Assembly: GCA_023515725.1 (NCBI GenBank)
Contig: JALDTO010000154.1
Location: forward strand, 1 to 64,000
DNA length: 64,000 nucleotides
Direction of reading: 5' to 3'
Source of the DNA: Amoeboaphelidium protococcarum X5
Taxonomy: Eukaryota; Fungi; Aphelidiomycota
Part shown: piece by piece, positions 13,181 through 27,107 of the stretch
Layout of the letters: every line of letters begins with the position of its first letter
How positions within the stretch are numbered: the first letter of the stretch is position 1
Notes under the pieces: model-generated
What the model saw: only the letters and a program-made list of their open reading frames with translations
Told to the model about the DNA's origin: nothing
Database searches by the model: none
Program-made: the position numbers and the translations under genes

Positions 13181-15352
13181 TCATTCAAAGCCAAACCCAA
13201 CGTTACCTTCAGTGATTGAAGTGTAGAGGCGCTCTTTCAACTGCTCATACGTGTCATATGCGGGAATATCCACCTGGTTGAAGCAAGTGTGCGCAGTTGG
13301 CAACCGGTCAGTCTTTCCAAAATCCTTGTGAATCTAAAACTTCTACTTGCCACCGATACCTTGCAGATTAGCGAAGCCTTCTAGAGGAACTTTAGACGTA
13401 CCAGTGGCAAATTGCAACAACTTGGCCCGCTCCTCCTGATCAAAACTTCTCACCACACGCCAGAACCATTAAACTTGTGGCGATGATGCCGTATAGCCAC
13501 CACGGTATTCTGTGTTATTCTTCCAGTCATCAATGTCAATATCAGGAATACCGCTGATGAGCAACTCCAGCTCCTTCTCAGAGAAGAAAGCAATCAATTC
13601 TTTAGGGATAATCTCTTGGAATCCTTCAAGGAAAGACTTGATCTGGTCTTGTATCATCTTGGTGAGTCTGTACTCAACAACTAATTTTACATACTCCATC
13701 TTATTCGCATCGGTGACCACTTCGTCTCTACCATTAGGAATCAAATCAACAATCTTGGTCTGCCCAAACTCTTCATGCTCAGTAGAGAATGTCAGGTCAA
13801 GCACATCCTTGATTGGATTGTTCAATATCCACACCAAGCTCTTGTGATACTCTGGATCAACAGCCTCCATATCACTGACATCGACATTCTTATTCAAAAT
13901 GTGCTTATACACGGAGCGAGTGAAATAACAGTCAAGTAATCTGCCGTCATATATGGCCTTTCCAATGATACGCCCAACAAACTTGAAATACTATAAATGC
14001 GATGGATTCACCCACGATGCCGGATTAGGTTGGTACGTGACTCCCATCTTCTCAGCGGATGGGGTGAACAGAGCATAATTCGGATTAAACATTTCCTTCG
14101 TCAACTCCTGATACCATTCACGCGTCACACCACCATAATCAGCCCCTTCTTCATCATGAAAACGCACAGTCAGTTTGGCGTGCCGAAGCTCTGCCCCACT
14201 CTTACTCTGCAACTGGTAATAAGAATCTTGGAATATGTACTGTCTGCGAACGTTCACATGAATAGCCTTTGCCTTCTATCCACCCTTCTTATGCAATTGC
14301 TAATTGAAGTAATTTCTCTTGGAGTCAAAGTCCAGTATCTTTGGATTGTGTACGAGTAGAGAGAAAGAACCTCTTAACAATTTTGGATTCTACCTGACCA
14401 GCTGATTTAAAACCTTCCTGTTCTTCTCTGTAAATTGGAAAAATAGTTCTTCACTCTCCGTCACTTTCTAAGGAGATATGACGCCATTGCTAGCACTTTA
14501 TGGGCGTGATAAAGTCACCGGTTAGTCAATAGATTTAGACCGATACTTGGCCGGGAGAGAGTACTTGAGCATAACCATAAGACATTCAATCAGCGGAAGT
14601 AGAGCTGATGTGACAAATCCAAGTCCTTGATTAGACTAAATAACTCCCAGACTAGATTGCAAATGTGTCCAAATATCCTTGTATCCATTCTCCTAAAACT
14701 TGGCAGATATCAATTCTTGAGTAGCGTCATTCACAGCAGCAGCAGCATCCGCACCATCATCCAGTTCATCAACAGATGGTGTTGGCGAAGCACCAGACTG
14801 ACCACCCCGAGCACCAGCTAGAATGGCTGCGAATGACTTTTACTTGTCATCACTCTTTGCCTACTGACTCCCCTTCTTCCTGGAATAAATGTAATCAACA
14901 GTCTTTAACAATCGCAAGAATTTAGACTAATTACTACTATTTGGCGTAAATGCGGGAAGAATACTCTGCTGCACCATCAATTCAAAAGAGTCCTAATCAA
15001 GTGAATCTGAACCACGCTTCGATAATGCATTACTCAGCGTGTCTTCAAGCATCACCAAATCCTTGCATACCAGTACACTCTGAGCATCCATAGCATTAAG
15101 GAGTTGAGTCAGTATAATATTCTTAACATTCGGTAGGAACGACAAATTCTCAATAATTATGAGCAAATTTTTAAGAGTCTTATTAGAGCAGTCACCCTAA
15201 TAGATTGGAGCAATCACATTTCTAAGATACTCAACAGGTATCAGGTTCTGTTCATTCAATTTCAACTTGGAGGGAGTCTTTTGCTATTATTATATGCTTT
15301 TAGATGACGATGTTGCCTTCTATTACTAATTGTTGCTCTCCTCAACTTACAT
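13181..15352 (-). CDS. HECT E3 ubiquitin ligase matching only the C-terminal ~720 aa of Tom1/HUWE1
   Basis: [49 protein letters not shown]. The N-terminal part (GDCSNKT...NLS) resembles the Tom1 pre-HECT region. In-frame TGA 9 codons upstream of the ATG. Confidence 0.85.
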
Positions 15353-15946
15353 TCTCAATAATACGCCTTTATGATTTCACTGCAGTAGTATGTTTCTTTG
15401 TGTTTGTGAATTGACTAAGTATATAAGAAGGAAAGGTGAATTTAATGAATAAAGAAGGGGAACGGCGACGAATTGAAATTGAAAGCGCGCGATGAAAATG
15501 TTTCAACTCCTTCTTCTTTATTCATCATTCGACGAGAGAAGAATGAAACTTCTTTACACTAACTGATCAATGTTGTTTCAATGCAGCACGCGTGTTTTAT
15601 TTAAATGTTTCACTTTTAAGGAATTCTGCTGGTGGAATGAACTGCATTCTACTGTACAGAACAGTGCAGCCTTTCATCACTGAATCATGCGTCTTCAAGT
15701 TCAACTCTGCTCTGATTGGACGCGGTGACAAATCGAATCGGAGGCGACAAAGTCTGATTGTGCTACGTGACGTGTCCCTCTGATTTGATGATACACTTAC
15801 ACCAAGATATTGCCTCCTGTTCACACCGATCCTGAGTCTTTAAAAATCTTTTTTCTACTATAGCTACCTGTATCTTTTAAATTGTTGACACTGTATTTAT
15901 TTAGAAATACCATTTATAATCACCAATTTAGCATTAAATCTCAAAA

Positions 15947-17335
15947 ATGTTGAGTAGATCAAAGTCGGCGAGGGCTAATCTCAGTCGATCATCACACTCC
16001 TAATCTGGGGATAATCCGTAGGCCGCCATTGGATTTAAATCGATGAGTCGGCCGGTGCGCGCTATATCTGTCGATACTCTGGATATATACGCCAACTCTC
16101 CTGCTCACTTTGAACCTTCCCGAGATGTGGATAGTATTGTAGCGTGTGGGTGCTGCAAGCGATAAAAGTCTATAGCTGCTGCATGGAAGAGAAATCGAAG
16201 CGTGTCTGAGGCTCTATCTCTTGACACTGGGAAGACACTGGCGGAGATGCAGGAGGAAGCAATTATCGATTAGGTGACTGACACTAGACAGCACTCTGCT
16301 ATTGCTCAATTCTGGCAGCCCATTATGAAGGCTTTTGGTTTCGGAAAGTCAAAGTAATAATAATTAGAATAATTCGAATAATAGCAGAAGGCAAGTGAAA
16401 TTGATTTGATGGCACCCGCTATCGATGAGGCTTTACAATTACCTACTGTATAAGAAGGCAAGCAACTGAAATTGAACGAGAATGAAGGGTAGAATTAAAT
16501 TCAGTAACTTCAAGCGCGTCTGTCACGGCTTCCAAGTATTCGGTCGGTATCTGGCAAGTATCAGCTTATGGATGTTGTGGGCACTGGTGCATTCAGTCGC
16601 GTCAAAGTGGCTTAGAGTGCCGAAGACGGCCAGTTGTACGCGATTAAACTGGTGTCAAAGAGCGTATTGAAGATGCCCAATTCTAATCTTTAGTAAGAGA
16701 TTGAGATACTGTAGCGACTTAGTCATCCTAATATTATTCGGTACATTGATTAGATTGAACTAAAAGATGAAGTTGGCCTGGTGCTTGAATTATGTGATGG
16801 TGGTGAGTTGTTTGAGTACATTTACAAGCGTAATCATTTATCAGAGTCTGAATGCTTGCCAATGTTTAAATAGATTGTGGATGCCGTTGCGTATATGCAT
16901 GAATAAGGATATTGTCATCGGGATTTGAAAGTTGAGAATATTCTGCTTACCGGAAATAAGAGATAAATTAAAGTTGCAGATTTTGGGCTAGCCACCTCAA
17001 TTAGAAATGAACAAGGTGAAGTTAGATTGCTATCAGATCGCTGTGGCAGTGAAGAGTACTGTGCTCCAGAAATCATTATGGGGCAGGCGTATGATGGAAG
17101 GAAGGTGGACATATGGTCAATGGGCATAATTCTGTTTGTAATGGCATCAGGACGCTTACCATTTTATCATAATTCACGCCGTCCCAAGGAGATGTATCAC
17201 AAAATTTGTCGCGTTGATTACCAGTGGCCTTAAGAACCTGCTGTGTCTGATAATATTCAATCGCTGGTATCTAAATTCCTCGTATTTGATATCTCACGTA
17301 GAGCTCATTTGCTCGAAATTCTAGACTCTATTTGA
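15947..17335 (+). CDS. Ser/Thr protein kinase (CAMK-like, Prr1-like)
   Basis: GTGAFSRV, YAIK, HRDLKVEN, DFG and RCGSEEYCAPE motifs. Confidence 0.9.
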
Positions 17336-17439
17336 ATATAATTATACACAAATAATCATTGCACATTCTTCATATGTAATATTCTCTTCATGATCATTTT
17401 TATTTTATTCCATTATTAGTGTGAAAATCTCGTGATAAT

Positions 17440-18394
17440 ATGGCGTGCTCAAAGTATGAGTATGTGAAAAAGTTTGAACTCTCAGATGCGATGCTGCCCA
17501 ATACTTACATTGTGGTTAGAATAGATGGCAGAGGATTTAGTAGGTATGACTCTTATTCCATAAACACACGCATCCGATATACAATAGAATCAATTTATCT
17601 CCCACTATATTGCTGTAGATTTACTAAGGAGCATAAATTTGAAAAGCCTAATGATTTGAGAGGAATTTAGTTGATGAATAGCTGTGCTGAACGTGTCATG
17701 AAGGATTTTAGCGATATAACACTGGCGTATGGACAGAGTGATGAGTATTCATTTCTCGTATCACGATCCAGTAATCTATTCCATAGACGTTCTTCGTAAG
17801 TTGTGATATTTAATGCATTAGTTGATTTAATATCATGCGAATCATAGTCTTGTAGTAAATTGGTGTCAACAATTGTCAGTCTATTTACTGCTACGTACGT
17901 GTTTGAATGGTCAAAGTATTTCCCGGGTGTGGAATTGTAATATCCTCCATCCTTTGATGGCCGTGCTGTCTCTTACCCATCAGTCGATAACATTCGTGAC
18001 TACTTCTCATGGCGACAAGTTGATTGTAAGGCTTTAAACGTATTCACCCAATGCCTGTATAATCGCTACTTAATTTTAGATTAAAAGTGTAGGCCATATT
18101 AACAATCTTTATAATACATGTTTTTGGAAATTGGTCATCGTTGGCGGACTGTCTGAGCAAGCGGCGGAGGAGCAGTTACGTCCCACCAACTCTGCCATGA
18201 AGAATGAACTGTTATTCACTCAGTTTTAGTTGAATTACAACAGTCTGCCTGAAGTATATAAGAAAGGATCTGTAATATACCGCGCCAAAGTTGTTGATGA
18301 GAACACTAAGCGGTCACGAAATTAAATAATCATCGACCATTTGGACATAATTAAGGATGAGTTTTGGCATTCGAATCCAAAGATATTAGACTGA
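17440..18394 (+). CDS. THG1: tRNA(His) guanylyltransferase; introns 17544-17618, 17796-17855, 18026-18092
   Basis: MACSKYEYVK, VVRIDGRGF, FEKPND, AYGQSDEYSF, PPSFDGR and DYFSWRQVDCHINNLYNT motifs. Confidence 0.95.
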
Positions 18395-18717
18395 TATATC
18401 CAGAGTGTGATAATAGTTGTTCTGTGACTTTGAACGCGTATAATACTGGAATACAATTTTACAAGTTTGATATTTTGTCTGTTTATTTACTAGCTGTGAA
18501 TCTGTGACTTATTACACTTCTACTGTAGTGCTTCATTGATACCGACGCACATCTTAAAGATCGTTTCGCGTCGCGTTTTGTTTTAGCTTTTCCTCCACAC
18601 GCTCTCCTCCTTGTATTTACTTATTGTAGCTGAGTGTATTTACTTGAACGGTGCTCATAGTATACATTGTAGTTACAGTCTGCGATAGTGAATTAATCTT
18701 AGACAACCAATTTCAGT

Positions 18718-19824
18718 ATGTAAAACTTTTTCAAACCACGTTCTGGAGTGGAATAAAAGCAGAAGCAGAAGCCTGTTCAAGATGCAATGGCTACTGGAGA
18801 TGGCCCTGTGTATGATCACAACCAACCATGGGTGGAAAAGTATCGCCCTCGCAACATTGATGAAGTATCCAGCCAGGAAGAGGTGGTGAGCGTGCTGAAG
18901 AGTACTATAGAGTCCAAGAATTTGCCTCATCTTTTGTTCTATGGCGCAGCGGGTACGGGTAAGACTTCCACCATTCTGGCTCTGTGTCGTCAAGTTTTTG
19001 GTCATGACTTCAAGTCTCGCGTGTTGGAATTGAATGCTTCTGACGAGCGTGGTATTAACGTCATCCGTAAGAAGGTGAAGGATTTTGCAAGGACCACGCT
19101 GCATTCTAGTGATCATAACACTGTGAAGGACTCAATGCCGCCGTATAAAATTGTAATCTTGGATGAGGCAGACTCAATGACCACTGATGCTCAGAATGCC
19201 CTGCGTCGTACGATGGAGACTTACTCGAAGCAGACGCGGTTCTGTCTAATCTGTAATTATGTTAGTAGAATAATTGAACCTCTTGCCTCTAGATGTGCCA
19301 AGTTCCGATTCAAGCCTCTGGACTCTGTGAGTGCCACCAATCGGTTGAAGTATATCGCCGCGAAAGAGAGCGTCTAGGTGGAAGACTCGGTGTACAGTTG
19401 GCTAATTACTATGAGTGAGGGAGATTTGAGACGGGCGATAACGTTTATGCAGAGTGCATCTCGACTAGTGTTGAATTAACAGGATTAGCATGCAGTGTTG
19501 AAAGTCAGTCATTTCGTAGATATCGTTGGTGCGTGTCCTCAGTAGTTGATTCAAGACTTTATGCAAGCGTGCAAGAATCAAGACTATGCTCAGATTTGTC
19601 ATGTGGTGGAAGTATTAATTAGAGATGGATTCTCTGCCAACCAGTTTCTGGTGCAATTGCATGATCACATAATTCAAGACGCTTCTCTATCGACTCGTCC
19701 CAAGTCTCTGATTATGCAGAAGTTGGCCATTGTTGAGTCGCGTTTAATCAATGGTGGAGATGAGACGATGTAACTCATGGACTTGGCCTTACAGACATCG
19801 TCTTACTTATAGTAGTAGTAGTGA
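18718..19824 (+). CDS. RFC2: Replication factor C small subunit (yeast Rfc2 / human RFC4)
   Basis: [54 protein letters not shown] and SRC motifs. Confidence 0.92.
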
Positions 19825-19897
19825 TCGCATTGTGTAGTCCAAACCGAAAGATTAAAAGTGAGAGATTCTATGTAAATAACGTCAATTCTATTTGAGT

Positions 19898-20746
19898 TCA
19901 GAGTTCAGTCAATGCTTAAGATTTATCTAGATTAGTATCATCATTTATTGTTGCGTTATACTTGAGAGCATACTGAGCATACTAAGCAAATGGTTCATAC
20001 TTTGACTTGAAAGTTAATGGCTGATCTCTAATCAATACCGAATCAGCCCATTGAATTGAATAACATATCAGACCAGATAGCACTCCAAGCAATGAGCACC
20101 TAACTGTATCCCTTAGTCCAAATCTACGATATATCGCGAATGATGTTGTCAACAAACACCCAGCCAAAGGACTAATATACACGGGCACTCGAGCATAATC
20201 GCCGCTCATATCTACGTTTTGGACAGCTGAACCGGACCTAAAATTGATACCGCCGCTCTTATATAATTAATCCAGAAGGACATCTGCTCCTACGAAAGCT
20301 GAGCATAATCCACCCAATTTGAGCGCAAATTTCATACCATTCTTCATACCTGCGTATCCCATCACGTAGTACTTCTTCCTAAAATACGTGTACCATTCTT
20401 TCTTGTTCTTGGTGCTCATTATAGTACTTGGAATCTCCATCGCTGATTACTAATGATGATGATGATGATAATTCTACCCACCGACGCGTCCATCAATACT
20501 CTGACCTCCACCGCTACTACTAATGTTCCCTCTCTGCCACCTTCTCTATGCAAGCTGATTTTGAATCGCCTAGTCATTAGCCACTTGAGTATTCTCTGCA
20601 GTGTATATCAGACCAGCCTCGCGCACTCCAATACCGGCACCAATGATGAACGTTCCCAGCATTCCCTGCAGACTCAGCATTTTCCAATACGCGAATTCAT
20701 TCATCGTCTGCAAGTGCTTTAATCTATCTTTGACTTCATCCAACAT
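19898..20746 (-). CDS. Fungal-type Tim17/22/23-like membrane protein with low-complexity insertion
   Basis: GVREAGLIYTAEN ... WYTYFRKKYY..GMKNG pattern with Gly-rich TM segments; 282 aa. Confidence 0.6.
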
Positions 20747-20967
20747 TATTGATTTAGATGTTTTACTTATTTAGATCAACTACAGGTTTACCCAAGAGAC
20801 TGACTTATCGCCACTAAAGTTGAGAAAAATCAAATTTCTTCTCGTTGCTCTTCTTCCTTCAGCTCTTCATCATTAGAACTAACGTTTAAAGTCAACCTTG
20901 TCCTTTTTAATTATTGACCAATATCTAATTTTATTAGTAGCATTATAATTTAGAATTAGTAATAAAT

Positions 20968-22650
20968 ATGGATGGCTGGTAGTAACATGAAGATAATGGA
21001 GATGATCCGTTGAATGAAGCGTTTCTGACAGCCTCAGCTCTGAATAGTGCCTAGCAATAGCAATAGAATCACTTTGATGAAGAGGAGATTAATCCATTTG
21101 CGTCTCACTATGAATAATTATCTCCTCCTATTGCTTCACCGTCTGCAGGATAAGGTTATGCTTTACAGAACGAACCAGAGACTTTTAACAGGTAGCTCCC
21201 AGGTGCCGCCAGTGAAGATGAAGTTGGTGATAATGCAGTTGGTAATGTTGATCCTTTGTAAGATGTCTAGATTGATGAAGACAAGGCTAGTTCCAAGACT
21301 GCAGCGTCATCTTAGAATACAGCTCTTAATGTATAAAATCAATAGTAATAAGTATCACCCGTAAAATAGAAAGCAAAGGCGGAGTTTAGACGAGCCGCTG
21401 CTAGTTCTTAGCGCTCCGGTAAAGTGCAATTGAGTAACCCGGAAAAGTGCGGAGATGGCCTCAATAGCTATATCTCATACACTGTAACTTCACCATATGG
21501 TGCTGTGAAGAGACGATATGGCGATTTTAATGCTTTATATAGTGTGTTGAGAGAGCGGTATCCATAGTACGTGATACCTCCGCTTCCATCCAAGTAGAGA
21601 TTGGAGTACTTGGACAGATTCAGTGAGGAGTTTATTGAGAAGCGGCGCGTGTCTTTGGAGAGATTTCTCTGTAGACTACTAGAGCATACCATGCTGGGTA
21701 GTAGTGATGGTGTGAAGAAGTTTCTGTCTTTGGATCATTTTGATCCTACCGCTATAATGAGCAAAAGCGGTGGTGTTGGTGGTGAGGAAAAGGGCAAGAT
21801 TATGGACAATGTATCTGACTATTTTGTCAATGCATTCGCCAAAGTCAAGAAGCCTGAAGATTAATTTCTGAATATGCATAAGGATATTGATACATTCACT
21901 GATGGTGTGTCATCGTTGGATAAGGTGTTCACCAAGTTGATTAAAGTGCAAACTGAACTGTCTGAAGATTATGGTTCATTTGCCACGGCAATGTCAGAAT
22001 TTGGTGACGATAATGTTCCAGTTGAGTGTGCGGGTAATCAGTTGAAATCCTACTGCAAAGAGTCTTCCGTAATGGCTTCATAGCTTTAGAATGAAATTGA
22101 ATTACTCTCCTCTGAACAGGAGCTGAATGTCGAGTTGGTATTGAAAGATTAAATTGGGTTCGGTGAGAGTATCAAAGATGTCTTGAAAGTTCGTGATTAG
22201 AAGCAGATTGAATTTGAGAGTCTTAGTGATTATCTTGCAGAGTTGCGCGCAGAAAAGAGTAGATTATCTGGCTATAGCGGCGGAATCGGCAGTAGTGGAG
22301 CATCAGGCATCAGAAGCAGTGCCAGTGCTGGAGCAATCTCGAAATTTCTCAAGGACAAGGTTGAAGAGATGAAGGGAGCCACTCCAGCCCAGATTAAAGC
22401 GGAGCGATTGGTGAAAGTTGAGGCCAAGATTGGCGAATTGGAGAAGGCTGTCGATGTGGCCAACACTTGTTCTTTGCAATTCAATAAGGAGGTGATTGCA
22501 GAATTCTAAAAGTATTACGGCCAGGATGGTGTGCGTGCCAAAGAGTTGCGAACTATGCTCAAAGACTTGGTTCAGGCGAATCTGCAGGCTTGCCGGAATG
22601 CCCAGGCTGCATCTCAGTAATTGCTAGAGTCCTTGTAACTGAAATAATGA
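20968..22650 (+). CDS. SNX4: PX-BAR sorting nexin (Snx4/Atg24-like)
   Basis: VKRRYGDF, IPPLPSK, DRFSEEFIEKRRVSLERFL, NAFAKVKKP and LKVRDQKQIEFE motifs. Confidence 0.85.
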
Positions 22651-23023
22651 GTATACTACACTATTTATTATCATGTTAAACCTGTATCGAGGCAGGTTAG
22701 TATTAGGCGCAACTTTTCAATCTGTTTAATCTCGTTGTATCGAGAGAATTTTCAGCGTTTCATTGTAATATTTAAACCATGCGTCGGTCTCCTCTACAAA
22801 GTTTCAGAGCCAAAGCGCTCAGTTTAAATGAAATCGCGTCACTGAAACAAATTTTGGTAAAACGCTTCTCCTTTCACTTCAGCAGCGACTGACAAACTGA
22901 CCGTTGGTTGTTCCGCGTACCGTACTGCTTTTGTTTCAATTACGTTGTACGTAGGTGTGCCCATTTTAACTATTCTAAAGTCTTGTTACTAAAGAATTGA
23001 TTTTTAAAAAGTACATCAAGTCA

Positions 23024-24888
23024 ATGGCTAGTGGATTTAGTATCTACAGAAATAAAGTCAAAATTGGAGGTTAATCTGGGCCATCTCAGCAGCCCTCTGT
23101 TGATACCTTGTCACCGAGTCAAGAACAACTTTTACAACTAGGACTGGAGTCTCTTGACTATGTATTCAATGTAATTTAACATCTCTTACCGTATTACCAT
23201 TAAATTGAATGTCATTGCAAAAGGTGATGTAGAATGTCTTGGGAAAGTATTCGTAAGGTGTGGCAGAGTCTGTACTGGCCTACTTGGAGACTGAAGACGC
23301 AGAGTCAACGGACGTTCACACTGCGATTGTTTCAAGTGACGCTCTGCTCATCCGGGACATTGTGAGCCGTTTGGATCAACTGCAGTTCAAGTGTATCCTT
23401 TTGGATGAAACTAATTGTGGGAATATGAAGAGTGTATTGAAAAGTTTTGGATAATAATTGATATCTGACTCTGCTAATATTTCATCCATTGACGATTTGT
23501 TATAATAGCATATGGTGTCTTGCGAGTAGAAGCTGGTAATTATTCTGAGTAACGTTGAATCCATTTAGACCGTGGTGTTGGAGCGCGTTATTTACATTAT
23601 ACACAAGCTGAAGTAATCTTTTGGACTGAATTTGATTATTGGCTGTGATTTGACTTCATCGTTTACCACTCTGGTATCTCACTCAGTTTTTAGTCTTATC
23701 CAGGTGGAGACTTTCAGTTTGTCGTCCAAAGGTGAACTCATTGACGAGATTATGCAAGAATTATGGTTATGTACTTGTGATACTGAAAGTGGTCTTGGTG
23801 GACTTGTCAATTTATCTCATGATTCTATAAAGTTTATCGTGGACACATCCAGATAGAGTCTTCTTCCAGTTGAAAAGCTTCATAAATTGTTGCAGTATAC
23901 TTTAATGTCTCAGAGTTATAGCGGCTGTAATTTGACTCTATATGACACCTCTGAAATGGATCAGAAATCTATCGCATAGAATTTGCCTCTTGATAGAATA
24001 AGAATGTCTGTATAGTTTCGAGAATTGATCAGTAAAATGGTCAATGATACATCTACTATCACTCTGGCAGATACATTGCTAAATGACGATGATTAGCTAA
24101 AGCAATTTCTTATAAAGTAAATGATCTAGTTTGGACCTCTAAGAGCCAATTTCTGTGCCACTGTAATTTTGCTCTTCTAGTTGCGCTCACTCTTTGAAGA
24201 GAATGCAGCAATACAATAGTGTCCTGTATAGTTTGCTGATTTTCTAGTGGAAGCTGTGTCCCCTGGATTTATTTAAAGCAGTACATTCAATTAGTTGGTA
24301 TCATTAATTAAATATCTAACTGGCGAAAAGCTGATCAAGTTTTGTCATGCTGTCGTGTAGTTGAAGGATAGATTTGCTGGATTTGATGACAATCTGTGTG
24401 AATAAGCAAATACTTTACTTTAGTGTAATGTCGATGAAATTGCAACGTAGTGCAAATCGTTCATATCAGCAGTGTAGCTCTTTTGGAAGTAGTCAATCAT
24501 CCAGATTAGATAGAATTGGTTATATCAATTGTCCGTCTTTGATAATGTGCAACTACTGTAGTAAACATTCAATCCGCAGTATAGAAAACATTTACACGTG
24601 GCGATGCTCCATCCAAGAGGGTACTTGAATCCAGAAGGCAATAGAGTTGGTGTAGAAGACTGGTACGCGGCTTACAAAATCTACCTGGAAAGTGGTAAAC
24701 TTATCAACTTACATGACTGGTACGTATCTTTTGCAACCATGGTGGGCAACAATGACTCTGTGGAAGCATGCAGCGTCAACAAGCATCTCTATGCTAGATT
24801 TTTAAGACTTGTATTGGAATTCAACTACTTGGGATTCATCAAAAAGACTAATCGCAAAATTGACCATGTTTAAAAGATGATCTGGTGA
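23024..24888 (+). CDS. ORC3: Origin recognition complex subunit 3; intron 23171-23232
   Basis: C-terminal YKIYLESGKLINLHDWYVSF...ARFLRLVLEFNYLGFIKKTNRKIDHV is the ORC3 winged-helix signature. Confidence 0.85.
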
Positions 24889-24969
24889 ATAATATTGTGA
24901 TATAAATCTGTGATAACAGTCAATGTACTTAAGTGAAGTCTTTTTTATGATTATCACCTTTAATCTGCG

Positions 24970-26664
24970 TCAATAAGCGGCAGACTTGTGTTTGGGAACA
25001 AATACGAAATCCTCATTGGCTTTGCCCAAAATCATTTCTGTCAATTTGATCCAATCTGCTGCATGATCTGATGCCATAAGAGTCTCCAACTCATTTCTAC
25101 CACAAAATCGAGGTGGCTTCTCATTCATCTTCTGAGGCAAAACTTCCATCAATCCCACAGGAATGTACCTGCAATGGAAACTCTAAAACTCCAACATGAA
25201 TCTTCTGGTCTTGTTAACCCCCTGCGTGTCAGAGCCATAATGCGTCAGACCATACTCTGCAAACTTCTTCATCATATCAAAGCGCTCACTCGCAGAAATA
25301 TCCCATATGCGCCTCTCCTTGATCTCTGTGAATATCCATGGCTTTACCAGAGCACCACGTCCAATCATTACTCCATCGGCATTGGTAGTATCCAGACGAT
25401 GCTGATACTCTTCATATGACAGGACGTCGCCATTGCCAAAAAATTGTAATCCATAATCCGCTTTAGCCTCGCGCGCAACCTGATCAATGTAATCCCAATC
25501 CGCCAATCTGGAGTATCTCTACTATCTACTACGCCCGTGCATCGTACAGAGAGAGTAGCCCAACTTGGAGTACATGTCCAGATATTTGTGTGCCGTATTC
25601 TTGTCCGAGTAAATGCCAGTTCTAAATTTCGCAGTCACGGGGACAGTGGACACTGCGGAAATACACGCCAGAGACTTGAACATCTTGTTGGGACGTGAGA
25701 ACATACCAGATCCCTGCTACTTTTAAAATACTAAATCTATTGGACATCCCTGGTTGATATCTATGAAATCCACTTCCAGCTCCTTGCATATCACCTCCAC
25801 ACTCCTTGCCAGAACATCAGCATGACCACCACAGATCTGAATACCGTACAAGTCTTCGGACGCGTGTCTCTTTAACAGAGCCCACTCAGACGGTGATCCC
25901 TTTAGCAGTTGATCGGACATGGCCATCTCTGAGCATGTGATATCCACACCAAAATCCTTACATAGACGTCTAAAAGGAAGATTACCCACTGTGGTCAATG
26001 GCGCGAGATAAGTCTTGCCAGCGAAATCAATCCTCTTACCGCCATGCTAAGCTTCCAAATCTATTGCACCAATATATTCCAAAATCTACTCCTGTGTGCC
26101 ATCTTTATTGTGCATAAACTTTGGCAATTGATCATAACGATCGAACTTGTACTAACGCTGGCGCAATTTAGATAGCAGATCGCGTTCCACCACGTTCGCT
26201 GTCTTAGATTACTCCAGCACTTCTTCATTAACTTTCTTATTCAACTACTTTTTGGTCTCTGGATCAGTGTGCTGCTTGTGGAATCGGCATTTAATACCAT
26301 ATTTGCATTAACCAAAAGTCTCATAGTTGGGACACACATCGCCAATATCCTCTGCTCTACTGCGGAGATACTCATCGAGATCGTGACCTCCTTTACAGTT
26401 TTGCCCTTCGCAATTCAGATTGAAGGCCATTTTATTACATAGATCATACTCCTTGCTATCATTGTACTCAAATTATCTCTTCTTATTCTGACCGCGTTTC
26501 TTATCAGCTGGTGGCTGCTCTTTGCCTTGATCATTGATTGTTGTAGTATCTTCTGGTAGAGCAGCAGCAACAGTAATTTTTGGCAATACAAACTCCGGCT
26601 TAATAGGCGCTGTATCCAACTGCGGTCGCTGCGGATCTACTTTAATATTCATATCCAAAGTCAT
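24970..26664 (-). CDS. DUS3: tRNA-dihydrouridine(47) synthase
   Basis: N-terminal CCCH fingers; [43 protein letters not shown]; ends [10 protein letters not shown]. Confidence 0.93.
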
Positions 26665-27107
26665 ATTTAATCGTTTGATTTATGATAGTATTCATTCAAA
26701 GGGATAAAGGTCGCGAAAAAGGTTCAAAGTTGCCTACTGCGTTCGCTGTCCGATTCTATAAAAATTTCCGAGGCGAGATATTTTATATTTTATACCCTGC
26801 ACCGTCAACATTAAAACTCATTTTGCGTATTCGCGACTGCTTTAGATGATTCAGTATGGTCGATATAGTATGTCCAAGTAAATTTCAAATATGCTAAAGT
26901 TGGCGATTCGTTGTGCTGTTACATTTTAACTAATTGCTGAGTTAACTCTAAGTATGGCCGCGCGAGCCAGTGCCTAGCTATTAGAATGCGTAGACAACAT
27001 CAATATTCATGCTGCGCATACGCCGGTTGCTGTAGGTGATTCATATTCAAACAAATACGCTTATAATAAGAAAGTCCTTTATATATTTAGTGAAAGTACA
27101 TTTATAA

